64,000 bases of DNA from an uncultured Eubacteriales bacterium (GCA_959600635.1 CAUGMN010000004.1:990-64989); one strand, 5' to 3'. Numbered from the stretch's first letter, positions 1 through 9,197 are shown. A program made the numbers and translations. The notes: generated by a model not told the origin, from the sequence alone.

Positions 1-137
1 AAATATCTCTGGATAAAATACCTTCTGAGGAGCTGGATTGATTCAGGTCTGACGGACACATAAAAAAGAATATAGTGTAGAATTGTTTTGAATTAGACGG
101 CCTTGCTCCGGATTTCGTAAGGAGTAAGGCCATTTTT

Positions 138-427
138 TATGAGGCGAGTGGCTTCGTGGCGGAATCAAGGACAGATTTTGACCCGAAACAGGCGCCGAAG
201 GGATGGGATTATGAGAAACAGGGAAAACCGGATATCCTGTTCTGGCGATACGCGGGAGAAGAGGCGGCGCAGGCGGCAAAACCAACGGATGTAGAAAGCT
301 TGTGGAAGAGTAACTACGAGGTAGCCGAGGAATGGCGTGACACGGAGATCAGGAAGGCGGAGGAGGAGAACGCGAACAAAACGGTAGAGGAAGAAAAACA
401 ACCGACAAACGAACATATGGTTGACAA
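138..427 (+). repeat. Direct repeat copy 1 (~290 bp), partner at 1459..1748
   Basis: Hand alignment at a constant offset of 1321 nt. There is a long identical run from about 166 to 323 and only a handful of mismatches elsewhere. It covers the N-terminal coding part of ORF 156..857. Confidence 0.9.
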
Positions 428-857
428 GAATGGTATAATGAAAGAGGATAGTACGAATGCGAAACAACAAAATGGTAGTCATGAACAAGAGGAGAAAAGA
501 AGAGATGATGAAAACATTGTAAAATTTCACAGAGTGGCCTCAGATACTCCAACTAGTGTTGAATGGAAGACCCATGATTATATTCTTAATAACGAACACC
601 CTGTTGGAAAAAGTAAGGCAGAATGGTTTGAACGGGCATTAGGAATTTCAAGAAAAAATGCAGAAGTTCTCAACCGTCAGGTGATCTTTGATGCTGATAA
701 GGCTATAAAGACAGCGGAGACAGAATATGGGATAAAATATAATCAAATAACTACCATTGTAGGAGCTAATGGTAGGAAAATTGATGTGATCGTTGTATGG
801 ATTAAAAACAATGACGGCGTTGTACGTCTTGTAACAATTATACCCAAAAAGAAATAA
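156..857 (+). CDS. Protein with a charged E/K-rich N-terminal half and a DUF6883-like C-terminal domain (toxin-module-like); start uncertain
   Basis: The C-terminal ~95 aa (DYILNNEHPVGKSKAEWFERALGI...YGIKYNQITTIVGANGRKIDVIVVWIKNNDGVVRLVTIIP) fits the pattern I recall for Pfam DUF6883 (HPxGxxKAxxF..LG...YG.ry...G..G....v..WI......rLvT..P). The frame is open back to 81 with no in-frame ATG. An AGGAG-like motif lies at ~119-124. Confidence 0.6.
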   Translation: MAESRTDFDPKQAPKGWDYEKQGKPDILFWRYAGEEAAQAAKPTDVESLWKSNYEVAEEWRDTEIRKAEEENANKTVEEEKQPTNEHMVDKNGIMKEDSTNAKQQNGSHEQEEKRRDDENIVKFHRVASDTPTSVEWKTHDYILNNEHPVGKSKAEWFERALGISRKNAEVLNRQVIFDADKAIKTAETEYGIKYNQITTIVGANGRKIDVIVVWIKNNDGVVRLVTIIPKKK

Positions 858-869
858 GGAGGTATTAGC

Positions 870-1058
870 ATGTTCGATGAATATGATTTGGTCATAGCCG
901 AGCGTGATTTGTCCAAAAACGTTAAAAAAGGTTGTGTAGGAACGATCCTGATTGTGTTCAGTGAACCGTCAATAGCATATGAAATTGAATTTATAGCTGA
1001 GAACGGGGATACATTAGATGTTCTTACAGTCTATCCTAATGATATTAAGGAAAAATAG
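870..1058 (+). CDS. DUF4926-like small protein (62 aa), candidate partner/immunity of the upstream gene
   Basis: ATG preceded by AAGGAGG, 12 nt after the upstream stop. The sequence MFDEYDLVIAERDL..KKGCVGTILIVF...AYEIEFIAENGDTLDVLTV fits the DUF4926 pattern (D.V.l..dl....l.kG.vGtIv.v....ayEvEF....G.t). Confidence 0.6.
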   Translation: MFDEYDLVIAERDLSKNVKKGCVGTILIVFSEPSIAYEIEFIAENGDTLDVLTVYPNDIKEK

Positions 1059-1211
1059 CAAGATAGAAGAAGATGGATTGTTCGACGGAGCAAAAATGGA
1101 GAGACTTCGTACTTATTTAGGTAGAAGAAAGATGGGGAATAGATTGTATGAATGGGAATGTATGTAATAAAAGTTAGATTGAAAATTTGATTTGAGAACA
1201 AATATAGAGGA

Positions 1212-1241
1212 AGCAGACGCTTTTCAAGCGTCTGCTTTTTT
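1212..1241 (+). terminator. Rho-independent terminator after the two-gene cassette
   Basis: AGCAGACGCTT / AAGCGTCTGCT 11-bp stem with a 3-nt loop, followed by a T-run. Confidence 0.8.
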
Positions 1242-1404
1242 ATCTGTTAGAGAGTGTCGTGGTTATTAAGATGAATGAGGACGTGGCTAATTAATAATTG
1301 GAAAAATATTATAAAAGAGCAGAGTCTCGATCAGAAAAACGGACGGAGAGATCGGGTCGTGGTTCAGTGAGAGAGGGAAAGAGCTGGAAACCCTGAACGA
1401 GGCG

Positions 1405-1770
1405 GTGAGACTGGGAGGAAAGAAGCTCGCCGACTACGACGGGGAGAGAAACCGCTTCTACGAGGCGAGCGGATTTGTGGCGGAGTCAAGGACAGATTTT
1501 GACCCGAAACAGGCGCCGAAGGGATGGGATTATGAGAAACAGGGAAAACCGGATATCCTGTTCTGGCGATACGCGGGAGAAGAGGCGGCGCAGGCGGCAA
1601 AACCAACGGATGTAGAAAGCTTGTGGAAGAGTAACTACGAGGTAGCGGAGGAATGGCGTGATACAGAGATCAGGAAGGCGGAGGAGGAGAACGCGAACAA
1701 GACGGTAGAGGAAGAAAAACAACCGACAAACGAACATATGGTTGACAAAGGAGCAATTAAACCGCTGTGA
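1405..1770 (+). pseudogene. Truncated paralog of the N-terminal half of ORF 156..857 (no C-terminal domain)
   Basis: Shares the FYEASGFVAESRTDFDPKQ...NEHMVDK segment almost identically. It then ends after 7 more codons (GAIKPL*) inside a hairpin. The frame is open from 1315 without an ATG; only a GTG at 1405. Confidence 0.45.
1459..1748 (+). repeat. Direct repeat copy 2 (~290 bp), partner at 138..427
   Basis: Same hand alignment as for copy 1. Confidence 0.9.
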
Positions 1771-1798
1771 AATGATTCATATCATTTCACAGCGGTTT
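1759..1798. terminator. Perfect 17-bp inverted repeat between convergent genes (bidirectional terminator candidate)
   Basis: AAACCGCTGTGAAATGA ttcata TCATTTCACAGCGGTTT. The stop codon of ORF 1405..1770 lies inside the stem. Confidence 0.7.
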
Positions 1799-1856
1799 GA
1801 TTGGATGCGAGCCGCTTATATTACGAAGAGTTTTGGGGGGATGGAAAAGCGAAGCA

Positions 1857-4055
1857 CTACGCCTTGACCGGCGTTTTTTCGGCGTCGGCCATTTTTGTCG
1901 TCTGACGCTGCGCCATGACCAGACGGTAATACACGCCCTTTTTCTCCAACAGCTCGTCGTGCGAGCCCATTTCCGCGACCTTGCCCTTGTCAATACAGAG
2001 AAGCTTGGTCGCATGGCGCAGAGTCGAGAGCCGGTGGGCGATGGCAAAGGTGGTGCGTCCCTTGATCAGCCGTTCGAGAGCCTCCTGAATCAGATGCTCG
2101 GTCTCGGTGTCGAGCGAGGCGGTGGCTTCGTCGAGGATCAAAATCGTCGGGTTGCGCAGCACGGCGCGGGCAATGGCGATGCGCTGGCGTTCGCCGCCCG
2201 ACATCGTAAAGCCGTTTTCACCGATCTTGGTGTTGTAGCCGTCGGGCAGCTTAATGATAAACTCATGGGCGTTGGCAATTTTCGTGGCGGCAAAAATCTC
2301 TTCTGGCAGCGCGTCCGGCTTGGCATAGGCGATGTTGTCGTAAATCGTCCCCGCAAAGAGGAACGTCTCCTGAAACACAATGCCGATATTCTCGCGCAGC
2401 GTCTGCTGCGGAAGGTCGCGGATATCCGTGCCGTCGATGAGAATCCGGCCGCCGGTTACGTCATAGAAACGCATGATCAGGTTGATGAGCGTCGACTTTC
2501 CGACGCCGGACGGCCCGACGACGCCGACCATCTCGCCGGGCTGGATATCAAAGCTGATGCCTTTGATAACCGGTTCATAGCTGTTGTAACCGAAGAAAAC
2601 ATCTTCAAAACGGATATGGCCGCGAATGTCGACGATCTCCGCGTTTTCTTTATCCTCGACGTCCTGCTGTTCGTCAAAGACTTCGAAGAGCTTTGCGGAG
2701 GAAGTAAAGAACGAGGTGAGCTGCTGCGGCAGCAGCGTCAGAGAGTTGAGCGGGGCGTAGATATAGCCGAGGAAAGAGGTGAACTGGATCAGCTCGCCGA
2801 CGCTCATCTGGCCGCCGATGACGTTTTGGCCGCCGAAGTAGAGGATGATAAACTCGCCGAAACCCATGACGAAACCGAGAATCGGCCCCAGCGTCGCCCA
2901 GAGTTTTTCGTTGGAAATCGTGACGTCGGAGAGCTTGCGGGAGACTTTCTCATACTTTTCTACTTCGAGCTTTTCGGTGCCGAAGCTTTTGACGACGCGG
3001 ATGCCGCGGATGATGTCGTAGAGGATGGAGTTGGAACGCGACGACCAGCGCCACAGGCTCTCATATTTGAGGTTAATGACACGGCGGTACATGACGATGC
3101 ACAGCGCAACGAACGGAACGGGAAGAAACGCCCAGAGCGTCAGACGCCAGTTGACGATAAACATGATGACCGTGACAACGATCAGCGAGGTGAGTTGCAG
3201 CAGGACCGTTTGCAGCGTACCGGTGATAAAGCCCTGCACGGTCGCGGTGTCGCTGGTGATACGGCGCATGAGGTCGCCCGGCGTACGCTTGGAGATCGAG
3301 TTGACGCTCATCGCCTGAATTTTGGAATACGCCATGATTCGCAGGTCGTTGGAGAACGAGTTACCGACGCGGACGCTGCGGCGGTTGGCGTAAATGGAGA
3401 TAAAGGTGCTGAAAATGTGGCAGGCAAATATGGCGGCGACGAGCAGGAGCGCTTCATGGAGCGGGCCGCGCTGCGGCGCCAGATAATCGTCTATCAGGAC
3501 ACGGTTGATGATCGGCATGGCAATCGAAATGGCGCTGGAAAGCACATAGAGCGAGATGACGAGAATCATCGTCGGCAGATACGGCCGCAGCGTTTTGAGC
3601 ATCTTGCCGAAAACAGAGCCTTTTTTAGCGCAGAACGGGCAGATGTTCGAGCCGCGGATCAACTGCCGGCCGCACTTGAAGCAGATGCGCTCGTCGTCGT
3701 CGCTGTCCTCGATCCATGTGTTGTGTTCGTTTTTGATACGGACGGCGCGCGCCAGCTCGGCAAAGCGCTCGGAATGCTTCCTGGAAAAACGCGCGATCAG
3801 ATACGGCTCGCCGCCGTCGATCTCCGCGACAAACTCCGCGCAGCCGACGCCCAGATGGATGGTCAGCTCGCTGAGCTTGGCGACGTCGACGCGCTGCAAC
3901 AGCGTTTCTCCCGCGTAAGTCAGGATGTCGTTTCCGACAACGGCGACGACGCCGTCGCAGGGCGCGCCGTCGAAGTCCATATCGCAGGGGATACAGTATA
4001 CGGCGTCTGCGAGGATGGCCTTCAAAGTTTCCGGCGGATCAAATTTCAGTCTCAT
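1857..4055 (-). CDS. ABC exporter, fused permease/ATPase, with an N-terminal cytoplasmic domain ending in a zinc ribbon
   Basis: Walker A GPSGVGKST, signature MSGGERQRIAIARA, Walker B ILILDEATASLD. Six-TM exporter-type region. CFKCGRQLIRGSNICPFC lies just before TM1. Confidence 0.85.
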   Translation of the reverse strand: MRLKFDPPETLKAILADAVYCIPCDMDFDGAPCDGVVAVVGNDILTYAGETLLQRVDVAKLSELTIHLGVGCAEFVAEIDGGEPYLIARFSRKHSERFAELARAVRIKNEHNTWIEDSDDDERICFKCGRQLIRGSNICPFCAKKGSVFGKMLKTLRPYLPTMILVISLYVLSSAISIAMPIINRVLIDDYLAPQRGPLHEALLLVAAIFACHIFSTFISIYANRRSVRVGNSFSNDLRIMAYSKIQAMSVNSISKRTPGDLMRRITSDTATVQGFITGTLQTVLLQLTSLIVVTVIMFIVNWRLTLWAFLPVPFVALCIVMYRRVINLKYESLWRWSSRSNSILYDIIRGIRVVKSFGTEKLEVEKYEKVSRKLSDVTISNEKLWATLGPILGFVMGFGEFIILYFGGQNVIGGQMSVGELIQFTSFLGYIYAPLNSLTLLPQQLTSFFTSSAKLFEVFDEQQDVEDKENAEIVDIRGHIRFEDVFFGYNSYEPVIKGISFDIQPGEMVGVVGPSGVGKSTLINLIMRFYDVTGGRILIDGTDIRDLPQQTLRENIGIVFQETFLFAGTIYDNIAYAKPDALPEEIFAATKIANAHEFIIKLPDGYNTKIGENGFTMSGGERQRIAIARAVLRNPTILILDEATASLDTETEHLIQEALERLIKGRTTFAIAHRLSTLRHATKLLCIDKGKVAEMGSHDELLEKKGVYYRLVMAQRQTTKMADAEKTPVKA

Positions 4056-4098
4056 AGAGCAAAATCCCTTTTTCGTCTAATTTGTCGCGCACAGCCAC

Positions 4099-4620
4099 TT
4101 ACAGCAGATACGGCTCGATGCGCTTAAAATCCTTGTCCGGCATCTTGGAGACATCCGGGATCTCATAGCGGTTGCCGTCGACGTCGATGATGATGATGCG
4201 CGCGCCGTCGTCCAAACGGCGGAGGTTATGCGTCGCGTCCCGCAGCGCAAAGGATTTGTGTCCCGCGTCCGTCTCCACCTCAAAGTAGAGATAACCGAGT
4301 TTTTCCTTGACAGAGGGGATTTTGGAGATCTTCGGGCAGAAATAGCGCTTTTTCAGCACGGCGGCGAGCACCCCGATCTGCTCGTCGCTGAACTCGTACA
4401 GCGAATGGATGAGGAACAGTTCCTTTGATTCCATATCCTGCACGGAAATGTAGTCGTCGGGCAGCTTAAACGGCATGGCGCGATGCAGTTTCAAATTTTC
4501 ATACGTCTCTCCGTCGTAATCCAGACAGAGAAAGTTTTCGTATTTGATATAAAACCTCGCTTTGGCGGGATCGAGATAATTGACGCCGGCGAGCCGTTCG
4601 AGTGAAACCTTTCTTTCCAT
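4099..4620 (-). CDS. DUF1854-like protein encoded between the two ABC genes
   Basis: GGAGG RBS before the ATG. The 173-aa soluble protein ends DVDGNRYEIPDVSKMPDKDFKRIEPYL, which fits my recollection of DUF1854, a family typically linked to ABC exporter pairs. Confidence 0.6.
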   Translation of the reverse strand: MERKVSLERLAGVNYLDPAKARFYIKYENFLCLDYDGETYENLKLHRAMPFKLPDDYISVQDMESKELFLIHSLYEFSDEQIGVLAAVLKKRYFCPKISKIPSVKEKLGYLYFEVETDAGHKSFALRDATHNLRRLDDGARIIIIDVDGNRYEIPDVSKMPDKDFKRIEPYLL

Positions 4621-4665
4621 AAAACAAAACCTCCGTAGATGAGCTGAACCGCGTTCCGCCGAGTC

Positions 4666-6987
4666 TCAGCTGTTGGTTCCGATGAATTTGAGCGCCTCCA
4701 TTTGGAGGTCGTAGAGCTTTTTATAGGTGCCGCCCTCGAGGTTGATCAGCTCGGCGTGGGTGCCAAACTCGACGACGCGGCCCTTATCGATGACGGCTAA
4801 GACGTCGGCGTCGCGCAGAGTCGAGAGCCGGTGGGCGATGGCGATGGTCGTGCGCCCTTTTTGCAACTCGGTCAGAGAGTTTTGGATATTGCGCTCGGTT
4901 TCCGTATCCATAGCCGCGGTGGCCTCGTCGAGAATCAGAATCGACGGGTTCTGGATGATCGCGCGCGCGATGGAAAGGCGCTGCCGCTCGCCGCCGGAAA
5001 GCCCTTGGCCGCCGGCGCCGACGCGCGTCTCATAGCCGTCGGGCAGCTTGATGATGAAGTCGTGCGCGCAGGCGGCGCGCGCGGCGGTGATGACCTCTTC
5101 AAGCGTCGCGTCCGGACGCGCATAGCGGATGTTGTCGGCGATGGAACCGATAAAGAGGTAGATATCCTGAGAGACGATGCCGATGTTGCGGCGCAGATCG
5201 CCCACGAAGATGTCCTTGATATTGTGGCCGTCGAGCGTAATCGTCCCCTCGTTGGGGTCGTAGAGGCGCGCGAGGAGGTTGACGAGCGTCGATTTGCCCG
5301 CGCCGGTTTTGCCGACGATGCCGAGCATCTGCCCGCCCTTGACCGAAAGCGTCAGATTGCGGACGACAGGACGGCCGGGCTCATACTCGAACAGCACGCC
5401 GTCGGCCTCAAAGTCGCCCTTGATCGTGTCGAGGCGGACGGGATTTTCCGCGTCGGGCAGGTCGGACTTGGCGTCGATGACCTCGAAAATACGCTGAGCC
5501 GAATCGACGCAGCTCGACCACCAGTTGGAGAGGTTGGTAAAGAAGCCGAGCGGCTCAAAGAGCATGTTGAGGTAAGCCGTCAGCGTCATCAGGATACCGA
5601 CGCTCATTTCACCGCGCAGAACAAGGATCGTCCCCGCGCCGAAGAGCACCATATGCGCCGTGCGCATGATCAGGCCGACGAGCGGGTAGGCCGTATTCTG
5701 CGTCAGACCGAGGCGGGTATGAGAGGTGTTGACGCGCTGGCTGTACGAGGAGAAACGGGTGTTTTCCGCATCCTCCTGCGTGAAAGCCTTGATGACGCGC
5801 TGGCCGTAGAGCGCGTCGGATAAAAGCGCGTGCATCCGCGAGCCGTAGACCCAGTTGGCGTGATACATGCCGCGCACGGCGCGCATGATCAGCACATAGC
5901 CGGTTACGATCAGCGGCACGGCCGCGAACACGATCAGCGTCAGCTTCCAGTTGATGACAAACATCAGCGACAGAACGCCCGTAAACGTGAGCACCGAGGT
6001 GAACAGATAGGGAATGCCGTTGATCAGGAAGTTATAGACGTTGTTGGCGTCGTCGTTGACGCGCGACATCAGCGAGCCCGTCTGCTTTGAGGTGTAGAAG
6101 CCGACGCTGAGCCGCTGCATGGCGGAAAAAATCATCAGCTTCATGTCGTAGACGACCTTGGGGACCGTTCCGGCGATGTAGCGGGAGCGCAGGATTCCAA
6201 GCACGTTTTGCAACACGCGGACAACGATCAGCCCGAGAACGACGAGGCCGATTTCATGGAACAGGTCGATGCCGAAATAGAAGGTGTCGGCCGCGCCGGA
6301 GGCGTGCAGCTCCTTGTCGACGAGCACCTTGTCGTAGATCAGCGCCGTGGAGAAATACGGGCTGAGAATGGTAAAGCCGGTCGTCAGCGCCAGAAAAAGC
6401 AGGATCATCAGCACCTGCGGGATATATCTTTTGAAAAGGCTGAGCAGCCGGAAGGTCAGCGACGATTTCGAGAGGCATTTGGGGCAGACCTTGCGCGCCG
6501 GGTTGGGGTAGCGCGTACCGCATTTCGGACAGAACAGCTCCGGCTCCTCGCCGATGGGGCCGTCGTCTTTTTCCTCGATATGACTGGTGGCGCGGTTGAA
6601 GTTTTTGGCGAAAATCTCAAAGGCGGCGCTGCGCCCGATGGCGAAATCGCAGATTTCTTCCAGCGTGCCGTCGTCGCCCTCGGAGACGAGGCGCGCCGTG
6701 GCGATCATCTGGTCGACGTCTAAATGGCCGAGAGTGGAGAGCAGCCGCTCCGAGAAGTCCGAGACGTCGAAAACCGTTTCGAGCCGTTTCTCCTTTTCGA
6801 CGCGGATGACGTGTTCAAGGCCGGTCATGATGTAGAATTTCTGATCGTCAAAGGCGACGACCTGATCGGTAAAGCACTGTTCGAGATCCATATCGCCCTT
6901 GACATAACGCACGATTTTGTCCGTATCGACGCCGCGCTCGGCAAAACGGAGCGCGATATGGGCGGGAAGTTTGTTGTAGGTTTTCAA
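4666..6987 (-). CDS. ABC exporter, fused permease/ATPase, with an N-terminal cytoplasmic domain ending in a zinc ribbon
   Basis: Walker A GKTGAGKST, signature LSGGERQRLSIARA, Walker B ILILDEATAAMD. CPKCGTRYPNPARKVCPKC lies before TM1. I place the start at TTG 6985-6987 (MKTYNKL...), 7 nt after AAGAGGTGG, rather than at the upstream ATG of the ORF track. Confidence 0.8.
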   Translation of the reverse strand: MKTYNKLPAHIALRFAERGVDTDKIVRYVKGDMDLEQCFTDQVVAFDDQKFYIMTGLEHVIRVEKEKRLETVFDVSDFSERLLSTLGHLDVDQMIATARLVSEGDDGTLEEICDFAIGRSAAFEIFAKNFNRATSHIEEKDDGPIGEEPELFCPKCGTRYPNPARKVCPKCLSKSSLTFRLLSLFKRYIPQVLMILLFLALTTGFTILSPYFSTALIYDKVLVDKELHASGAADTFYFGIDLFHEIGLVVLGLIVVRVLQNVLGILRSRYIAGTVPKVVYDMKLMIFSAMQRLSVGFYTSKQTGSLMSRVNDDANNVYNFLINGIPYLFTSVLTFTGVLSLMFVINWKLTLIVFAAVPLIVTGYVLIMRAVRGMYHANWVYGSRMHALLSDALYGQRVIKAFTQEDAENTRFSSYSQRVNTSHTRLGLTQNTAYPLVGLIMRTAHMVLFGAGTILVLRGEMSVGILMTLTAYLNMLFEPLGFFTNLSNWWSSCVDSAQRIFEVIDAKSDLPDAENPVRLDTIKGDFEADGVLFEYEPGRPVVRNLTLSVKGGQMLGIVGKTGAGKSTLVNLLARLYDPNEGTITLDGHNIKDIFVGDLRRNIGIVSQDIYLFIGSIADNIRYARPDATLEEVITAARAACAHDFIIKLPDGYETRVGAGGQGLSGGERQRLSIARAIIQNPSILILDEATAAMDTETERNIQNSLTELQKGRTTIAIAHRLSTLRDADVLAVIDKGRVVEFGTHAELINLEGGTYKKLYDLQMEALKFIGTNS

Positions 6988-7254
6988 GTTTGAACCACCT
7001 CTTTGAATCAAAACAAAAAAGCCGCGGACACACATGTATCCACAGCTTGAAAACACACCGGCGCGTCAAAAAAAACCGCGGACGGAAGCGATCACAGCAG
7101 ATACAATGCCCCATATTGTATTCTGGGTTGTTTGTAATAAGCGATTAGGCTATGATTTACCTCCTGCGGGAAACGCGCTGCCGCACCGATTCTGAAAGCA
7201 CCGCGCGTCAGTCCTGCGGACGACAAAACCGATCCGCACGAAACGACTATGAGA

Positions 7255-7283
7255 ATTTTAATGCAAACGGACGCAAATGTCAA
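7255..7283 (-). promoter_or_regulatory. Sigma-A-type promoter candidate for the ABC operon
   Basis: On the minus strand: TTGACA, 17 nt, TAAAAT. It would give a ~260-nt leader. Confidence 0.5.
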
Positions 7284-7576
7284 GCGAATCCTGAAAAAAT
7301 ATAACCAAAAAAAGCCGGGATATTGGCCGCAGGCTTGTGAGGAAAATAAACAAAGCCCTGTTTTTGACGAAAAAACGGAAAAAACTCGGGGAATTGCCCT
7401 GTTTTTTTATGTGAAGCTGCGGCATAAAACTGGGCCGCTCTCATCCCTGCAATATCGGGAGAGAGTAAAAAGCGAGGCACAGACATCTGTCTGTGCCCCG
7501 GATGACGACGGCCGGGCCAAACCATTGGCGCGCCCGCCGGATGGAACCGATATCGGGTTCCGGAAGCGCGGGGAAG

Positions 7577-7996
7577 TCAGTCGATAACGATGTAGACGCC
7601 GAGCGTCCGGCGCGGATCCGGGCATTTTTCGTATCCGACGACGTCCCGTTCCCCACCGTCGGCGCGCTTGGTGCGGGGCAATTTTTGTTTTGGTAAAAAC
7701 TCGTCGCCCGCCTCATATTCGGCGAGATCAACGGCGCGCATGAGCAGCGTCCGCTTCATGTCCTCCGCGCTCTGCCAGCCGCCGTGCCAGACGATACCGT
7801 TTTTGGCGATCCGCCACACCCAAGCGGAAAGGCTGCGCGGCGTAGCGCCGCGGCTCAGCGACAGCAGAACCTCGTAGCTGATATCGCTTGTCAGCTCCTC
7901 GGCCTGCTGCTCGCCGCCTGTCTTGCGCAGACAAAAATAGAAGATCTTTTCCAGATGGTTTGCACAGAATTCCTCCGCGTATCGCATGCGCTTCAC
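7577..7996 (-). pseudogene. Sigma-70-family region-2-only fragment, paralogous to the N-terminus of 9547..11133
   Basis: HLEKIFYFCLRKTGGEQQAEELTSDISYEVLLSL...SLSAWVWRIAKN parallels FIEPIFCFCLKRVGNRADAEDLAGEIMLHILDG...SFEAWVWRIAHN. No region 4 / HTH follows, and the last ~70 aa look unlike any sigma factor. Confidence 0.4.
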
Positions 7997-8201
7997 CTCG
8001 CTTGTCCGTCTTCATTTATATAGTGAGCGGAACAGGGCGTTTGGATTTGAAGTTTTTTCAAAAATATCGAAAAAATATCCGGCCAGAGCGAAAGGGAAAA
8101 AATGAATTGACGAACGGCGGCCGGCGGGATATAATAATGATATACAGTGGCAACAGAATGAAAGCGAAACCTGAAATTTGACAAGGAGCAGGGCGGTTTT
8201 T

Positions 8202-9197
8202 ATGATTCGTGTCGGCATCATCGGACTGGGCGGGATCAGTCATGTACACAGAAAGTCGTATCGGCGGCTGATGGAAGAGGGGGCGGCGATTTCTTTGGAG
8301 GCGTTCTGCGACCTGCTGCCGGAGCGCACGGTGGATCTGGGCGGCCGCGCCTATACGGAAATCGAAACGTTTCTACGGGAGGAACGGGGGCGGCTCGATA
8401 TGGTCGACATCTGCCTCCCCACCTATCTGCACGCGGAGACGGCGGTCCGGGCGCTGGAAAGCGGCTTCCATGTGCTCGTAGAGAAGCCGATGGCGCTCAA
8501 TCATGCGGACGCGCTCAGAATGTGCCGCGCGGCGGAGCGGAGCGGCAAAACCCTGATGGTCGCGCAGTGCCTTCGCTTTTCACAGGAGATTGAGGCGGTT
8601 CGCCGTTATCTCGCCTCCGGCGTTTTCGGCGCGTTTAAAACAGCCGACGTCCGCCGCGATTTCGGGCGGCTGAACGTTCCGGAGGGTTATTGGTTTCTCA
8701 AAGAGGAGTGTTCCGGCGGCGCGCTGCTCGACGTCCATGTCCACGATATCGACTGGATGCAGTCGGTCTTCGGCGTCCCCGAAGCGCTGAGCACCGGCGC
8801 GAGCAAGGTGATCCCCGGAGACGGCTACGATATCGTCAGCACCAACTATTACTATAAAGGCGGGGCGTTCGCCCATTGCAGCGGCGAATGGACGACCGAT
8901 CACAACCCCTACGCCTCCGTTCAGCAGCTTGTCAAGTTTGAAAAGGGCTATCTGCTCCATACGAGCTTCGGAGGAGAGCGCGTTTTTCGGGCGGTCTCCG
9001 AAGACGGAACCGTGACCGAGCTCGCGCCGGAACAGCCCGTGGATATGTATTATGAGGAGATCCGGTATTTTACAGAGTGCGTCGCGGCCGGCCTGCCTGT
9101 GGCGCGCTGTACGCCGGAGAGCACGGCGGAATCCATCCGTATCGCCATGGCGGAAATCGCCAGCGCCGACGCAAAGGGCGAACGGATCGCGCTGTAA
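8202..9197 (+). CDS. Gfo/Idh/MocA-family NAD(P)-dependent oxidoreductase
   Basis: N-terminal Rossmann motif MIRVGIIGLGGISHVH and the EKP motif (VLVEKPMA). Start chosen at ATG 8202 after AAGGAG. Confidence 0.8.
   Translation: MIRVGIIGLGGISHVHRKSYRRLMEEGAAISLEAFCDLLPERTVDLGGRAYTEIETFLREERGRLDMVDICLPTYLHAETAVRALESGFHVLVEKPMALNHADALRMCRAAERSGKTLMVAQCLRFSQEIEAVRRYLASGVFGAFKTADVRRDFGRLNVPEGYWFLKEECSGGALLDVHVHDIDWMQSVFGVPEALSTGASKVIPGDGYDIVSTNYYYKGGAFAHCSGEWTTDHNPYASVQQLVKFEKGYLLHTSFGGERVFRAVSEDGTVTELAPEQPVDMYYEEIRYFTECVAAGLPVARCTPESTAESIRIAMAEIASADAKGERIAL

Noticed and set aside
1797-4127. 776-aa ORF on the + strand, antisense to the ABC transporter gene
   Set aside because: It has Arg/Ala/Gly/Asp-rich composition typical of the antisense frame of a high-GC gene. 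The opposite strand carries unmistakable ABC motifs. The same reasoning rejects 4831..5823 (+) and 6208..6723 (+).
6848-7114. Cys-rich 88-aa ORF (MGHCICCDRF...) overlapping the ABC gene start and leader
   Set aside because: It has no RBS, overlaps the ABC coding start out of frame, and its composition is dominated by the T-run and GC motifs of the leader.
7249-7587. 112-aa + strand ORF in the intergenic region between the ABC operon and the sigma fragment
   Set aside because: It has no RBS and a low-complexity basic composition, and it overlaps a predicted minus-strand promoter and terminator. Nothing supports it as a gene.
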